Positions 56,002 to 64,000 of a DNA stretch of 64,000 nt are shown here, piece after piece. How positions within the stretch are numbered: the first letter of the stretch is position 1; each line of letters starts with the position of its first letter. The position numbers and the translations under genes are program-made. Origin of the DNA: an uncultured delta proteobacterium. GTDB taxonomy: Bacteria; Myxococcota_A; Polyangia; Fen-1088. The stretch spans positions 128,001-192,000 of the forward strand of contig CAVYGB010000006.1 in the NCBI GenBank assembly GCA_963767925.1, given 5' to 3'. The notes under the pieces were generated by a model. That model had not been told where the DNA came from. It saw only the letters and a list, made by a program, of their open reading frames with translations, and did no database searches.

Positions 56002-59000
56002 GAACCCTCGATCGGGCGAGGCAACGTGACCAGGAACCGCGTCCCGCTGGCCGCGCTCGAGGTGACCTCGATCTGGCCCCCGTGCGCCTCGACGATCTGC
56101 TTGCTGATGTACAGGCCCAGCCCCAGCCCCTGCGAGCCGTCGCGCCGGCGCTCCCCGCCGGTCATCGGCTCGAACAGCTTGCCGAGCAGGGCGGGCGGGA
56201 TCTCCCCCCCGTTGCGCACCTCGACCCGGATCCTGGCCGCCTCCACCCCGTCGACCCGGACCTCCACCCCGCGCTCGGGCACCCCGTGCTGGAGGGCGTT
56301 GCCCATCAGGTTGGAGAACACCTGCGACAGGCGGTCGAGGTCGAAGTTGCCCTCGCCCCGGCCCCGCAGGTCGAGCCGCAGCGCCGCCGGATGGGCCTGC
56401 TCCAGCTCGTCGGTGATCTGGCGCAGCACCGCGAACAGGTCGACCGGGGCGAGCTGCAGGGGGATGCCCGCCCCCACCCGCACCCGGGTAAAGTCGAGGA
56501 GCTGATCGATCATCCGCGCCATGCGGGTGCCGCTGGTGAGGATGCGGGAGATGGGCCGGGCCACCTTGCCCCCCTCGTCGCGCCGGAGGGCCAGCTCGGC
56601 CGAGGCCATGATCGCCCCCAGCGGGTTGCGCAGGTCGTGCCCCAGGATCCCGGCGAACATCTCGTTGAAGCGCACGGTCTGCTCGAGCTGGCTCACGCTG
56701 GCGAAGCGGGCGCAGGCCGCGGCGACGTGGTTGGCGATGGCGGAGGCCATGTCGATCTGGGCGGGGGCACAGTCCCGGGGATCGCCGTGATAGACCATGA
56801 ACTTTCCGATGAGGCGCCCGCCCGCCACCAGCGGGATGAAGGCCAGCGATCCGATCTTCTCGGCCCGGAAGACCGGGAGGTGGGGGGCGAGGGTCTCGTC
56901 CCGCTCCACGTCGGGGACCAGGATAGCCTGCGGGTTGACGGCGTCGGGCCGCCAGGGGGAGTGGCCCTCGACCGCCGCCCGGTACCCGTCGGACAGCCCC
57001 CGCCAGGCCCGAAAGCGCATGATCCCCTCGGCGTCCTGGAGCAGGATCGAGCAGCGGCGGGTGTCGAGAGCCCGCTCGATGGCGTCGAGCGCGGGATCGA
57101 ACACCTGCTCCACGCTCCGCGCCTCGATCACCGCGCGGGCCAGCCCGTAGAGCAACTCCGCCCGCAGGCGGGCCTGCTGGTTGTCGGCGTACAGGCGGTT
57201 GCCCTGGATGGCCATGCTGGCCCGTTCGGCCAGCTCCTCGAACAGGTACTTGTCGTCCTCGCCGTAGCTGCTCGAGCCCGCCATGCGCAGGGCGACCAGG
57301 GTGCCCAGCACCCGCCCGGGCGCCCGCAGGGGCACGGCGATCAGGCTGTGCGGGAGGTAGCGCTCGACGAAGGGACGGAACGGCCGGTAAGACGCGGCCA
57401 GCAGGGCGTCCTTGTCGAGGGTGGGCAGGAAGATCGTCTCGCCGGTCGCGGCCACCTTGCCGGTGATCCCCTCGCCCACCTTCATGGGCCCCATCTCCAT
57501 CAAGGAGCGCACCATCCCCAGCGCGGCGGGATCCCGGTGGTGGACGGCGGCCAGCTCCAGGGTATCGCCCCGATCGGAGAGCAGCAGGATGGCGCAGGCG
57601 TCGGCGTGCTGGACCGTCACCTGCTCGGCGATGGCCTGCAGCAACTGGGGCAGGTCGTGGCGGGCCTCGGAGAAGGCCCGCGAGGCCCGGCTGAGCAGCT
57701 CGAGGCGGGCGGCGGCCGACTCGGCCTGGGCCCGGCTGTCGCGCTCCATCTCCAGCAGGCGCAGCCGCTCGAGGGCCTGGCCGCTGTAGCGGGCCACCAG
57801 CAACATCAGATCACGCTGCTCGCGATCGACGGCCGGCGTCCCCTCGAAGGTGAGGCCCAGGCCCCCGATGGCCGTCCCCCGGACGACGATGGGGAGGCAG
57901 GAGATCCGGTAGGCCCGTCCGGGGGTCACCAGGGCCGCCAGGTGGGGATAACGCTCGAGCAGCTCGGGCTGCGAGGAGATCCAGATCGGCTGCCGCTGGC
58001 GGATCGAGTCGACAACCGGGAGCTGGCCCTCCGAGTCGAGGGGGACCGTCTCGATGGCCGGCCGGTGGGCCGCCGCGTAGCCCACCGCCCGGGCGAGGTG
58101 GGCTTGGCGGCCGTCCCCGGCGACCAGCCAGAGGCCGGCGCTCGAGGCCCCCAGCGCCGCCGCCACCTCGTCGACCAGGGCGGCCTGGACCTGCTCGGGC
58201 GTGACCGCGTCGGCGATGGCGGCGGTGATCTTCATGAGGCGGGCGGTCCGCTCGGCGGTCGCCGCCCGGGCCCGCTCGAGCCGCTTCTGGGCGGTGATGT
58301 CCTGGAGAAAGCAGCGGGTGTGGCCGAACGCGCCGTCCACCCAGTAGATGTTCGAGCTGAGCAGGACCTCCCGGATCGATCCGTCCCGGGCTCGCAAGCG
58401 CACCTCACGGTTGAGGAGCTCCTCGTTGCGCCGCCAGCAGGCCCGGATGTCCTCGGCCACCTCGGGGTCGACGTGGAAGTCGGCGAAGGAGCGGCCGATG
58501 TACTCCTCGGGCGGGTAGCCCAGCACGTCCAGATCGGCCCGGTTGGCCCAGGTGATCCGCCCGTCGGCGCTCACCCACTGCAGGGCGAGGGCGGCGTTGG
58601 TGACGAAGTCCTCGAGGTGATCGTGCCGCCCGCTGAGCTCCCGCTCCTTGCGCCGCAGCTCCTTGACCGTCGCCCGCAGGGCCTTCTCCAGCGCCTTGCG
58701 GTGGGTGATCTCGGCGGCGAGGGCCCGCGCGTGCTGGGGCGGCGAGGCGCTCCCCTCCGGCCGCGGGAGGTCTGCCACCGGCGCGCTCCGGAGCACGTGG
58801 GTGTGGCTGGCGCAGATCGCGTCGAGCTCGGCGGCCTGGTTGAAGTCGCCACCCATCCCGTAGGCGCACAGCAGACAGAAGTCGTGGATGCCCTGCAGCT
58901 CGTTCCACATCTCCTCGAGCCGCAAGGCGCCCCGCGGGTTGCCCGCCCGCCAGAGCAGGTCGACCATCTCGCCATAGGCCCGCACGCGCCCGCGGCCCTC

Positions 59001-59390
59001 CACCGTCGAGCAGCGATCGAGCACCTCGCCCATCACCGCGCGGAAGAGGTCCCAGTCCGGCAGCTCGCCGTTCATGAACCGGGCCAGCGTCTCGCGGGCG
59101 TCGAGGAACACGAGCTGCCCGCCGGTGGCGGCGGCGGTGGGATCGAGCCCCCTATCGCCGAGGCGGGCGCTGATCAGCAGGCGGTGCTCGGGCGAGGCGA
59201 TGACGACGAGCCCGTCGCCCGCCACCAGGCCGGCGGCCAGAAACTCCGCCGCCACCTCGGCCAGGGCGTCCTCGTCCACGTAGAACTGGACGACGTGTCG
59301 CGGCCCCTTTGCCCCGTCGCCCATCGCCACGGCCAGCAGATCGCGTGCGTCCCGGTCGAGCCCGGGCCCGTCCCCGAACGTGAGGGTCAC
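55998..59390 (-). CDS. Cytoplasmic sensor histidine kinase (MEDS-PAS-GAF-GAF-GAF-HisKA-HATPase)
   Basis: HVVQFY/RAYGEMV..LW MEDS domain, PAS, three GAF-like repeats, GHDLRNPL, NL.GNA, GLGLGL. Confidence 0.9.
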   Translation of the reverse strand: MTLTFGDGPGLDRDARDLLAVAMGDGAKGPRHVVQFYVDEDALAEVAAEFLAAGLVAGDGLVVIASPEHRLLISARLGDRGLDPTAAATGGQLVFLDARETLARFMNGELPDWDLFRAVMGEVLDRCSTVEGRGRVRAYGEMVDLLWRAGNPRGALRLEEMWNELQGIHDFCLLCAYGMGGDFNQAAELDAICASHTHVLRSAPVADLPRPEGSASPPQHARALAAEITHRKALEKALRATVKELRRKERELSGRHDHLEDFVTNAALALQWVSADGRITWANRADLDVLGYPPEEYIGRSFADFHVDPEVAEDIRACWRRNEELLNREVRLRARDGSIREVLLSSNIYWVDGAFGHTRCFLQDITAQKRLERARAATAERTARLMKITAAIADAVTPEQVQAALVDEVAAALGASSAGLWLVAGDGRQAHLARAVGYAAAHRPAIETVPLDSEGQLPVVDSIRQRQPIWISSQPELLERYPHLAALVTPGRAYRISCLPIVVRGTAIGGLGLTFEGTPAVDREQRDLMLLVARYSGQALERLRLLEMERDSRAQAESAAARLELLSRASRAFSEARHDLPQLLQAIAEQVTVQHADACAILLLSDRGDTLELAAVHHRDPAALGMVRSLMEMGPMKVGEGITGKVAATGETIFLPTLDKDALLAASYRPFRPFVERYLPHSLIAVPLRAPGRVLGTLVALRMAGSSSYGEDDKYLFEELAERASMAIQGNRLYADNQQARLRAELLYGLARAVIEARSVEQVFDPALDAIERALDTRRCSILLQDAEGIMRFRAWRGLSDGYRAAVEGHSPWRPDAVNPQAILVPDVERDETLAPHLPVFRAEKIGSLAFIPLVAGGRLIGKFMVYHGDPRDCAPAQIDMASAIANHVAAACARFASVSQLEQTVRFNEMFAGILGHDLRNPLGAIMASAELALRRDEGGKVARPISRILTSGTRMARMIDQLLDFTRVRVGAGIPLQLAPVDLFAVLRQITDELEQAHPAALRLDLRGRGEGNFDLDRLSQVFSNLMGNALQHGVPERGVEVRVDGVEAARIRVEVRNGGEIPPALLGKLFEPMTGGERRRDGSQGLGLGLYISKQIVEAHGGQIEVTSSAASGTRFLVTLPRPIEGS

Positions 59391-59569
59391 GGAAAGGCTC
59401 GCGTCATGCTGGCTCTCCTCCAGATCAAGAAACCCGACCTAGATGAGTATGGTCTCACCTCGGGGCAAGGGGGTAGCCCGAGAAAAATCCCGATGGCGAC
59501 AGACTGGCCAAGACATCCCGCCGCGACGTTTCTCGTTAGCCGACCCCGACGGCAGCCGCACAGGCCGTA

Positions 59570-60535
59570 AGGGTGACCATGGAGATGGACCTGTGGATGC
59601 GATTGCATGACGGGTCCATCGTCCCCTGTGCGGCGGGACGAGGGAGACCGGGTGGCGGTTGCGGCCCGACACGCTCCGGCTGCGCACCGCCGTGCCGTAC
59701 GAGGGCAAGGAACTGCGCACGATGGCGCGCTTCGAGATCGCAGCGGGCGACCTTCGACCTGACCGGGGACCCCTCGCACCTGCCCGGTCCGCCGGCGATC
59801 GATCCGGAGGCCGCGCTCGTCGACACCTAGGCCTGGTGGAACGAGTGGGTCTCCCGGCGTCTACCGGGGACCCTGGTCGGAGGCGATCTGCGCTCGCTGG
59901 CGACGTTGAAGGCGCTCACCTACCAGCCGACCGGCGGCATCGTGGCCGCCCCCACCACCTCCTGCCCGAGAAGCTGGGCGGCGGGCGCAACTCGGACTAC
60001 CGCCACTGTGGCTGCGCGACGCCACCTTCACCTTGATGGCCCTGCTGGGCGCGGTCCACGTCGACGAGGCGCGCGACTTTCGTGAGTGGCTGCTGCGGGC
60101 CGCGGCGAGCTCGCCCGCCCAGCTCCAGATCATGTCGGCATAGCGGGCGAGCACCGCTTCCCCGAACTGGAGCTGCTCTGGTTACCGGCCACGAAGGCTC
60201 CCGACCGGTCCGCATCGGCAACGAGGCCTCGCAGCAGCGGCAGCTCGACGTGTTCGGCGGGCTGCTCGATACCGATGCAGAAGTCCGGGCGGGCCGGGCT
60301 GACCGCGGGCGAGGGCGCCTTCCTGCTGTGCACTTTCTGGCTGGCGGACGCACTCATCCTGCTGGGCCGCCGCCCCCAGGCTCAGGCGCTTTTCGAACGG
60401 GTGCTGGCCGTGCGCAACGACCTCGACTTGCTTTCGGAGAGCTACAACCTCATTAAACGTCGACTGCTGGGAAACTTCCCTCAGGCTCTTTCACTTCTCG
60501 GGCTCATCAACACCGCCCGGAACCTGGCCGATCCG
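59570..60535 (+). pseudogene. Decayed glycoside hydrolase family 15 (trehalase/glucoamylase-like) gene
   Basis: Collinear fragments in different frames: LKALTYQPTGGIVAAPTT, WLRDATFTL, PVRIGNEAS.QRQLDVFG, EGAFLLCTFWLAD, LLSE, LLGNFPQA. Confidence 0.85.
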
Positions 60536-60843
60536 GTGGCCCCCGCCCGCGAACGGTCGGAAAAGACCTCGGGTAACGCGAGCGCATCGCCGTTGTGGGC
60601 GTGTCGTAACGGCCGGAGCGGCGACCCGCCAAAGACGTCCCAAAGGAGCCGCTTTGGTTTTTCCCTCGTGGCGCATGCCGCTCGCTTGTCGGGCGTTTCC
60701 TTACGAAGCGGCAACCTGGCGATCGGCCAGACGCCCGCCCGCGTTTCACGTTAGGGCCCAAAAAAAGCCCCGCTCCCCGACACACGGTATGTTGCATCCC
60801 ACGAGATGCGGTAAAACGAGACGAGTAAATCATCGGCCTCGCC

Positions 60844-62361
60844 ATGCAAGATCCGTTGGGAGAAATTCGCCGCCTGCAGGAGTGCATCAGCGCCCTGGCC
60901 AGCCAGGTTGCGCTCCCCGCCACCCGATCCCCGGCGCAACCGACCGACGTGCTGTCGGGCTTGCTCGAGACGCTCGTCAGCATGTTGCGGCTCGACTTCG
61001 CCTACGGCAGCCTGAAGATGGACGGCGACCGCCGGCCCGAGGTGTTCCGGGCGCCGGGCCGCGAACGGACGCCGGCCCCGGAGGTCGCGCAGGTGGGCGT
61101 GGCCCTCGAGAAGTGCCTCGGCGATGATGGGCCGGGCGCCACCCGGCGGGTCCCCAACCCGATCGGCAGCGGTGAGCTGTCGATCCTCCACATGCCGCTC
61201 GGCGCCGGGCCGGGCACCGGGATGGTGGTGGCCGGCTCGCAGCGCGACGACTTTCCGACCCCGGTCGAAGCGCTGCTGCTGCGCATGGCGGTCAACGAGG
61301 TGCTGGTGCAGCTCCAGGGCGCACAGATCCGGGCGGCGGAGGAGCGGGCGGACGACCTGCGCCGGGCCAAAGAGCAGCTCGAGGCCGAGAACAGCTACCT
61401 CCGGCAGGAGCGCTGCACCGAGCAGCCCTGGGGCGAGCTCGTGGGCCACAGCCGCGCGCTCGAGGACGTCCTGCGCCTGGTCCAGCAGGTGGCGCCCACC
61501 ACCGCCTGCGTGTTGATCCAGGGCGAGACCGGCACCGGCAAGGAGCTCGTCGCCCAGTCCATTCATCAATCCAGCCCCCGGCGCGAGCAGCCCTTCGTGC
61601 GGCTCAACTGTGCGTCGATCCCGGCGGGGCTGCTGGAGAGCGAGCTGTTCGGTCACGAGCGGGGCGCCTTCACCGGCGCGGTCGCCCGCCACCCCGGCCG
61701 CTTCGAGCTGGCCGACGGGGGGACCCTCTTTCTCGATGAAGTGGGCGACCTACCGCTCTTGCTGCAGGCCAAGCTGCTGCGCGTGCTGCAAGAGCGGGAG
61801 TTCGAGCGGCTGGGCGGCACCCGCACCATCCGGGTCAACGTGCGGGTGGTGGCCGCCACCAACCGCGATCTGGCCCAGATGGTGGCGGCGGGTGAATTCC
61901 GCAGCGATCTTTACTACCGATTGCGGGTTTTTCCCATCCTCGTGCCGCCTTTGCGCGATCGGGTCGAGGACATCCCCCTGCTCGTGACCTGCTTCACCGA
62001 GCGGCACGCCCGCCGTTGTAACAAGACCATCAACCGCGTCTCCGACGAGACCATGGTCGCGCTCTGCCGCCACCCCTGGCCGGGCAACGTTCGGGAGCTG
62101 GAGAACCTCATCGAGCGCAGCGTGATCATGTCGCAGCGATCGACCCTCGAGGTGCCGCTCGACGAGCTCGAGATCGATCAGCGCGCGGTCACCGAGGTGG
62201 ATCAGTCCCTGCAGGGCATGGAACGCGAGCACATTCTGCGGGCGCTGCAGGCCTCCAACTGGCGGATCGCCGGGAGCTCGGGCGCCGCCGTCCGCCTGGG
62301 CCTGCCCCGCACCTCCCTGCAATACAAGATGCAAAAGCTCGGCATCAGCCGCCCCCGCTAG
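60844..62361 (+). CDS. Sigma-54-dependent transcriptional activator (FhlA-like)
   Basis: [43 protein letters not shown]-terminal HTH. Confidence 0.95.
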   Translation: MQDPLGEIRRLQECISALASQVALPATRSPAQPTDVLSGLLETLVSMLRLDFAYGSLKMDGDRRPEVFRAPGRERTPAPEVAQVGVALEKCLGDDGPGATRRVPNPIGSGELSILHMPLGAGPGTGMVVAGSQRDDFPTPVEALLLRMAVNEVLVQLQGAQIRAAEERADDLRRAKEQLEAENSYLRQERCTEQPWGELVGHSRALEDVLRLVQQVAPTTACVLIQGETGTGKELVAQSIHQSSPRREQPFVRLNCASIPAGLLESELFGHERGAFTGAVARHPGRFELADGGTLFLDEVGDLPLLLQAKLLRVLQEREFERLGGTRTIRVNVRVVAATNRDLAQMVAAGEFRSDLYYRLRVFPILVPPLRDRVEDIPLLVTCFTERHARRCNKTINRVSDETMVALCRHPWPGNVRELENLIERSVIMSQRSTLEVPLDELEIDQRAVTEVDQSLQGMEREHILRALQASNWRIAGSSGAAVRLGLPRTSLQYKMQKLGISRPR

Positions 62362-62384
62362 CAGCCCGTTGACGGGCTGCTAGC
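62357..62384. other. Perfect inverted repeat over the stop codon (terminator or activator site)
   Basis: GCTAGCAGCCCGT-TG-ACGGGCTGCTAGC. Confidence 0.55.
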
Positions 62385-62574
62385 AGCCGGCTCGCCGCAA
62401 TTTTTTCGCGAGGCGGCTGCCGGGCGGGCCTCCCGGCGCCGGAGGTGCCTGAGGACGGGCAGCTGCCGGCCGGCCCGCCGGCAGACCCGCCGGCAGCGCC
62501 GGAGCAGCTCCACCCGATCGCCCCAGATCCCGGGTTTTTTCGCGAAGGGGCGGGCGGCAGCGGAGGCGGGGCGG

Positions 62575-62591
62575 CTGGAATGGACCTTGCT
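62575..62591 (+). promoter_or_regulatory. Candidate sigma-54 (-24/-12) promoter
   Basis: CTGGAATGGACCTTGCT: TGG...TTGCT with exact GG-N10-GC spacing. Confidence 0.55.
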
Positions 62592-62714
62592 GGAGCGCGG
62601 GTAGACCGTGGCGTGGCGCAACTTCCAACACGGAGATCCCCCTGCTCGTCGCCTCTCTGGGGAGCTCTCTTCCAGCACGCCCATTGCCCCGGTCGATTCC
62701 AAGGAGGAGCGCAC

Positions 62715-63455
62715 ATGAGGATCGTTCTGGTGGCAGGAGAACCGGTATTCAGGCTGGGGTTCAGGAGCCTGGTGGAGACTTCGGAGGATCTGGTGCTGGT
62801 GGGCGATTCGCCCGACGCGCGCGCTGCCTTCCCGCGCATCGACTCGGATCGACCCGAGGTGGTGGTCATGGACGTGGCCCTTCCCGGCATGAGCGGCATC
62901 ACCGCCACCCGAGAGATCAAGTGCCGATCGCCCGAGACGCGCGTCCTGCTGCTGGGCGCCTGGCCGCGGGAACGCGACGCGCTGGACGCGTTTGCCGCCG
63001 GCGCCCACGGCTTCGCGCTCAAGTCGGAGCCCTCGGAGGCCCTGCTCTACGCCATCCGCACCGTCGAGCGGGGCCGCAGCTACATCAGCCCGGAGCTGCG
63101 CGGGTGCGCGGTGCCGCGGGTCGACACCCATCGACCCGCGCCCCCCCGGAGCGACGACGTTCTCGGCGTGCTGTCGCCCCGGGAGCGCGAGGTGCTCGAC
63201 CTGATTCTCAAGGGCTGGCGGAACCGGAACATCGCCAAGGAGCTGTGCATCTCCATCAAGACGGTCGACACCCACCGCACGCGCATCAACCGCAAGCTCC
63301 GGTGCACGAACGCCGCCGATCTGGTCCGCTTCGCCGCCGAGAACGGGCTGCTGGCGGATGCGCCCTGGTCGGCCCCGCCCGGCCCGGTGTCCAACGGTCG
63401 CGGCGACGCGACGGTCCTGAGCCGCCAGCCACCCCCCACCATCCTGACGCTGTGA
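62715..63455 (+). CDS. NarL/LuxR-family response regulator
   Basis: AAGGAGG RBS; MDVALPGMSG; LSPREREVL...NRNIAKELCISIKTVDTHR. Confidence 0.92.
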   Translation: MRIVLVAGEPVFRLGFRSLVETSEDLVLVGDSPDARAAFPRIDSDRPEVVVMDVALPGMSGITATREIKCRSPETRVLLLGAWPRERDALDAFAAGAHGFALKSEPSEALLYAIRTVERGRSYISPELRGCAVPRVDTHRPAPPRSDDVLGVLSPREREVLDLILKGWRNRNIAKELCISIKTVDTHRTRINRKLRCTNAADLVRFAAENGLLADAPWSAPPGPVSNGRGDATVLSRQPPPTILTL

Positions 63456-63462
63456 GGGGCCG

Positions 63463-64000
63463 ATGATGTTCGCCACCCAGCCACGCCAGGGCCCCATCAC
63501 CTTGCCTCACCCACCGTCCTGGCCCGACCGACCCCCACCCTTCGGAACGCCCCCACCGCGAGAGTCGGCCCCCGAGGCGGGCACGGCCGAGCGGCTGCTG
63601 GCCATCATGGGGCACGAGCTGCGCTCGCCGCTGTCGGCCATCACCATGGCGGCGGGCGCCCTCACCCAGCGGGGCGAGCTGAGCGAGCCAGATCGCCTCA
63701 CGGTCGTCGTCATCCAGCGCTGCGCCGCGCGCATGGCCCGGCTGATCGAGCGGGTGCTCGGGCTCAGATGGCTCACCCGGGAGGGCGGCTGCGCCCTGCA
63801 GCGCGAGCCAGCCGACCTGCTCGAGATCGCCAGCGAGCTGCTGGCGGAGGCGCAGGCGGCGCACGCCGATCGCCCGCTGCTGCTGCGGGCCAGCGGGGAC
63901 GCCGCCGGCCGGTGGGATCGGCTCAAGCTGTCCGAGGTGCTCTCCAACCTGCTGGCCAACGCCATCCAGCACGGCGACGGGAGCGCCCCGGTCACGGTGG
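63463..64000 (+). CDS. Histidine kinase without an obvious sensor domain (runs off window)
   Basis: Manual translation: MGHELRSPLSAI...WDRLKLSEVLSNLLANAIQHG. Confidence 0.85.
   Translation, partial: MMFATQPRQGPITLPHPPSWPDRPPPFGTPPPRESAPEAGTAERLLAIMGHELRSPLSAITMAAGALTQRGELSEPDRLTVVVIQRCAARMARLIERVLGLRWLTREGGCALQREPADLLEIASELLAEAQAAHADRPLLLRASGDAAGRWDRLKLSEVLSNLLANAIQHGDGSAPVTV

Noticed and set aside
56082..59570. 1162-aa plus-strand ORF
   Set aside because: Antisense mirror of the histidine kinase, with no recognisable motifs.

Overview
Very GC-rich bacterial DNA. The gene content (DUF1592/DUF1552 pair, Cu-monooxygenase-like lipoprotein, Ser/Thr kinase with Pro-rich tail, many regulators) suggests a myxobacterium; this taxonomy is inference. 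The main block is a ~19 kb cobalamin-riboswitch-led operon (32.85-52.1 kb): beta-propeller lipoprotein, BtuF/BtuC, a BtuD-CbiX-ferredoxin fusion, DUF3209, an FAD reductase, cbiD-C-ET-L-G-H-(orf)-F, cobO, cbiA, cobD, cobQ and ybaK. It has no recognisable cbiJ or btuB, and cbiL and cobD each carry a single-base frameshift. Upstream is a probable metal-uptake locus: a His-rich leader ORF ending in RGPP, a TonB-dependent receptor, two His-bearing lipoproteins and a RegB/RegA-type pair with a candidate RegA box. Two near-identical 73-bp hairpin elements are each followed directly by a different tandem-repeat array. Also present: a candidate structured RNA near 5.2 kb, a kinase with an HRE catalytic loop, orphan DctP and PTS enzyme I genes, a decayed GH15 gene, and a regulatory cluster with a candidate sigma-54 promoter. 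No rRNA, tRNA, CRISPR array or transposase was seen. All family assignments come from motif recognition, not database searches.
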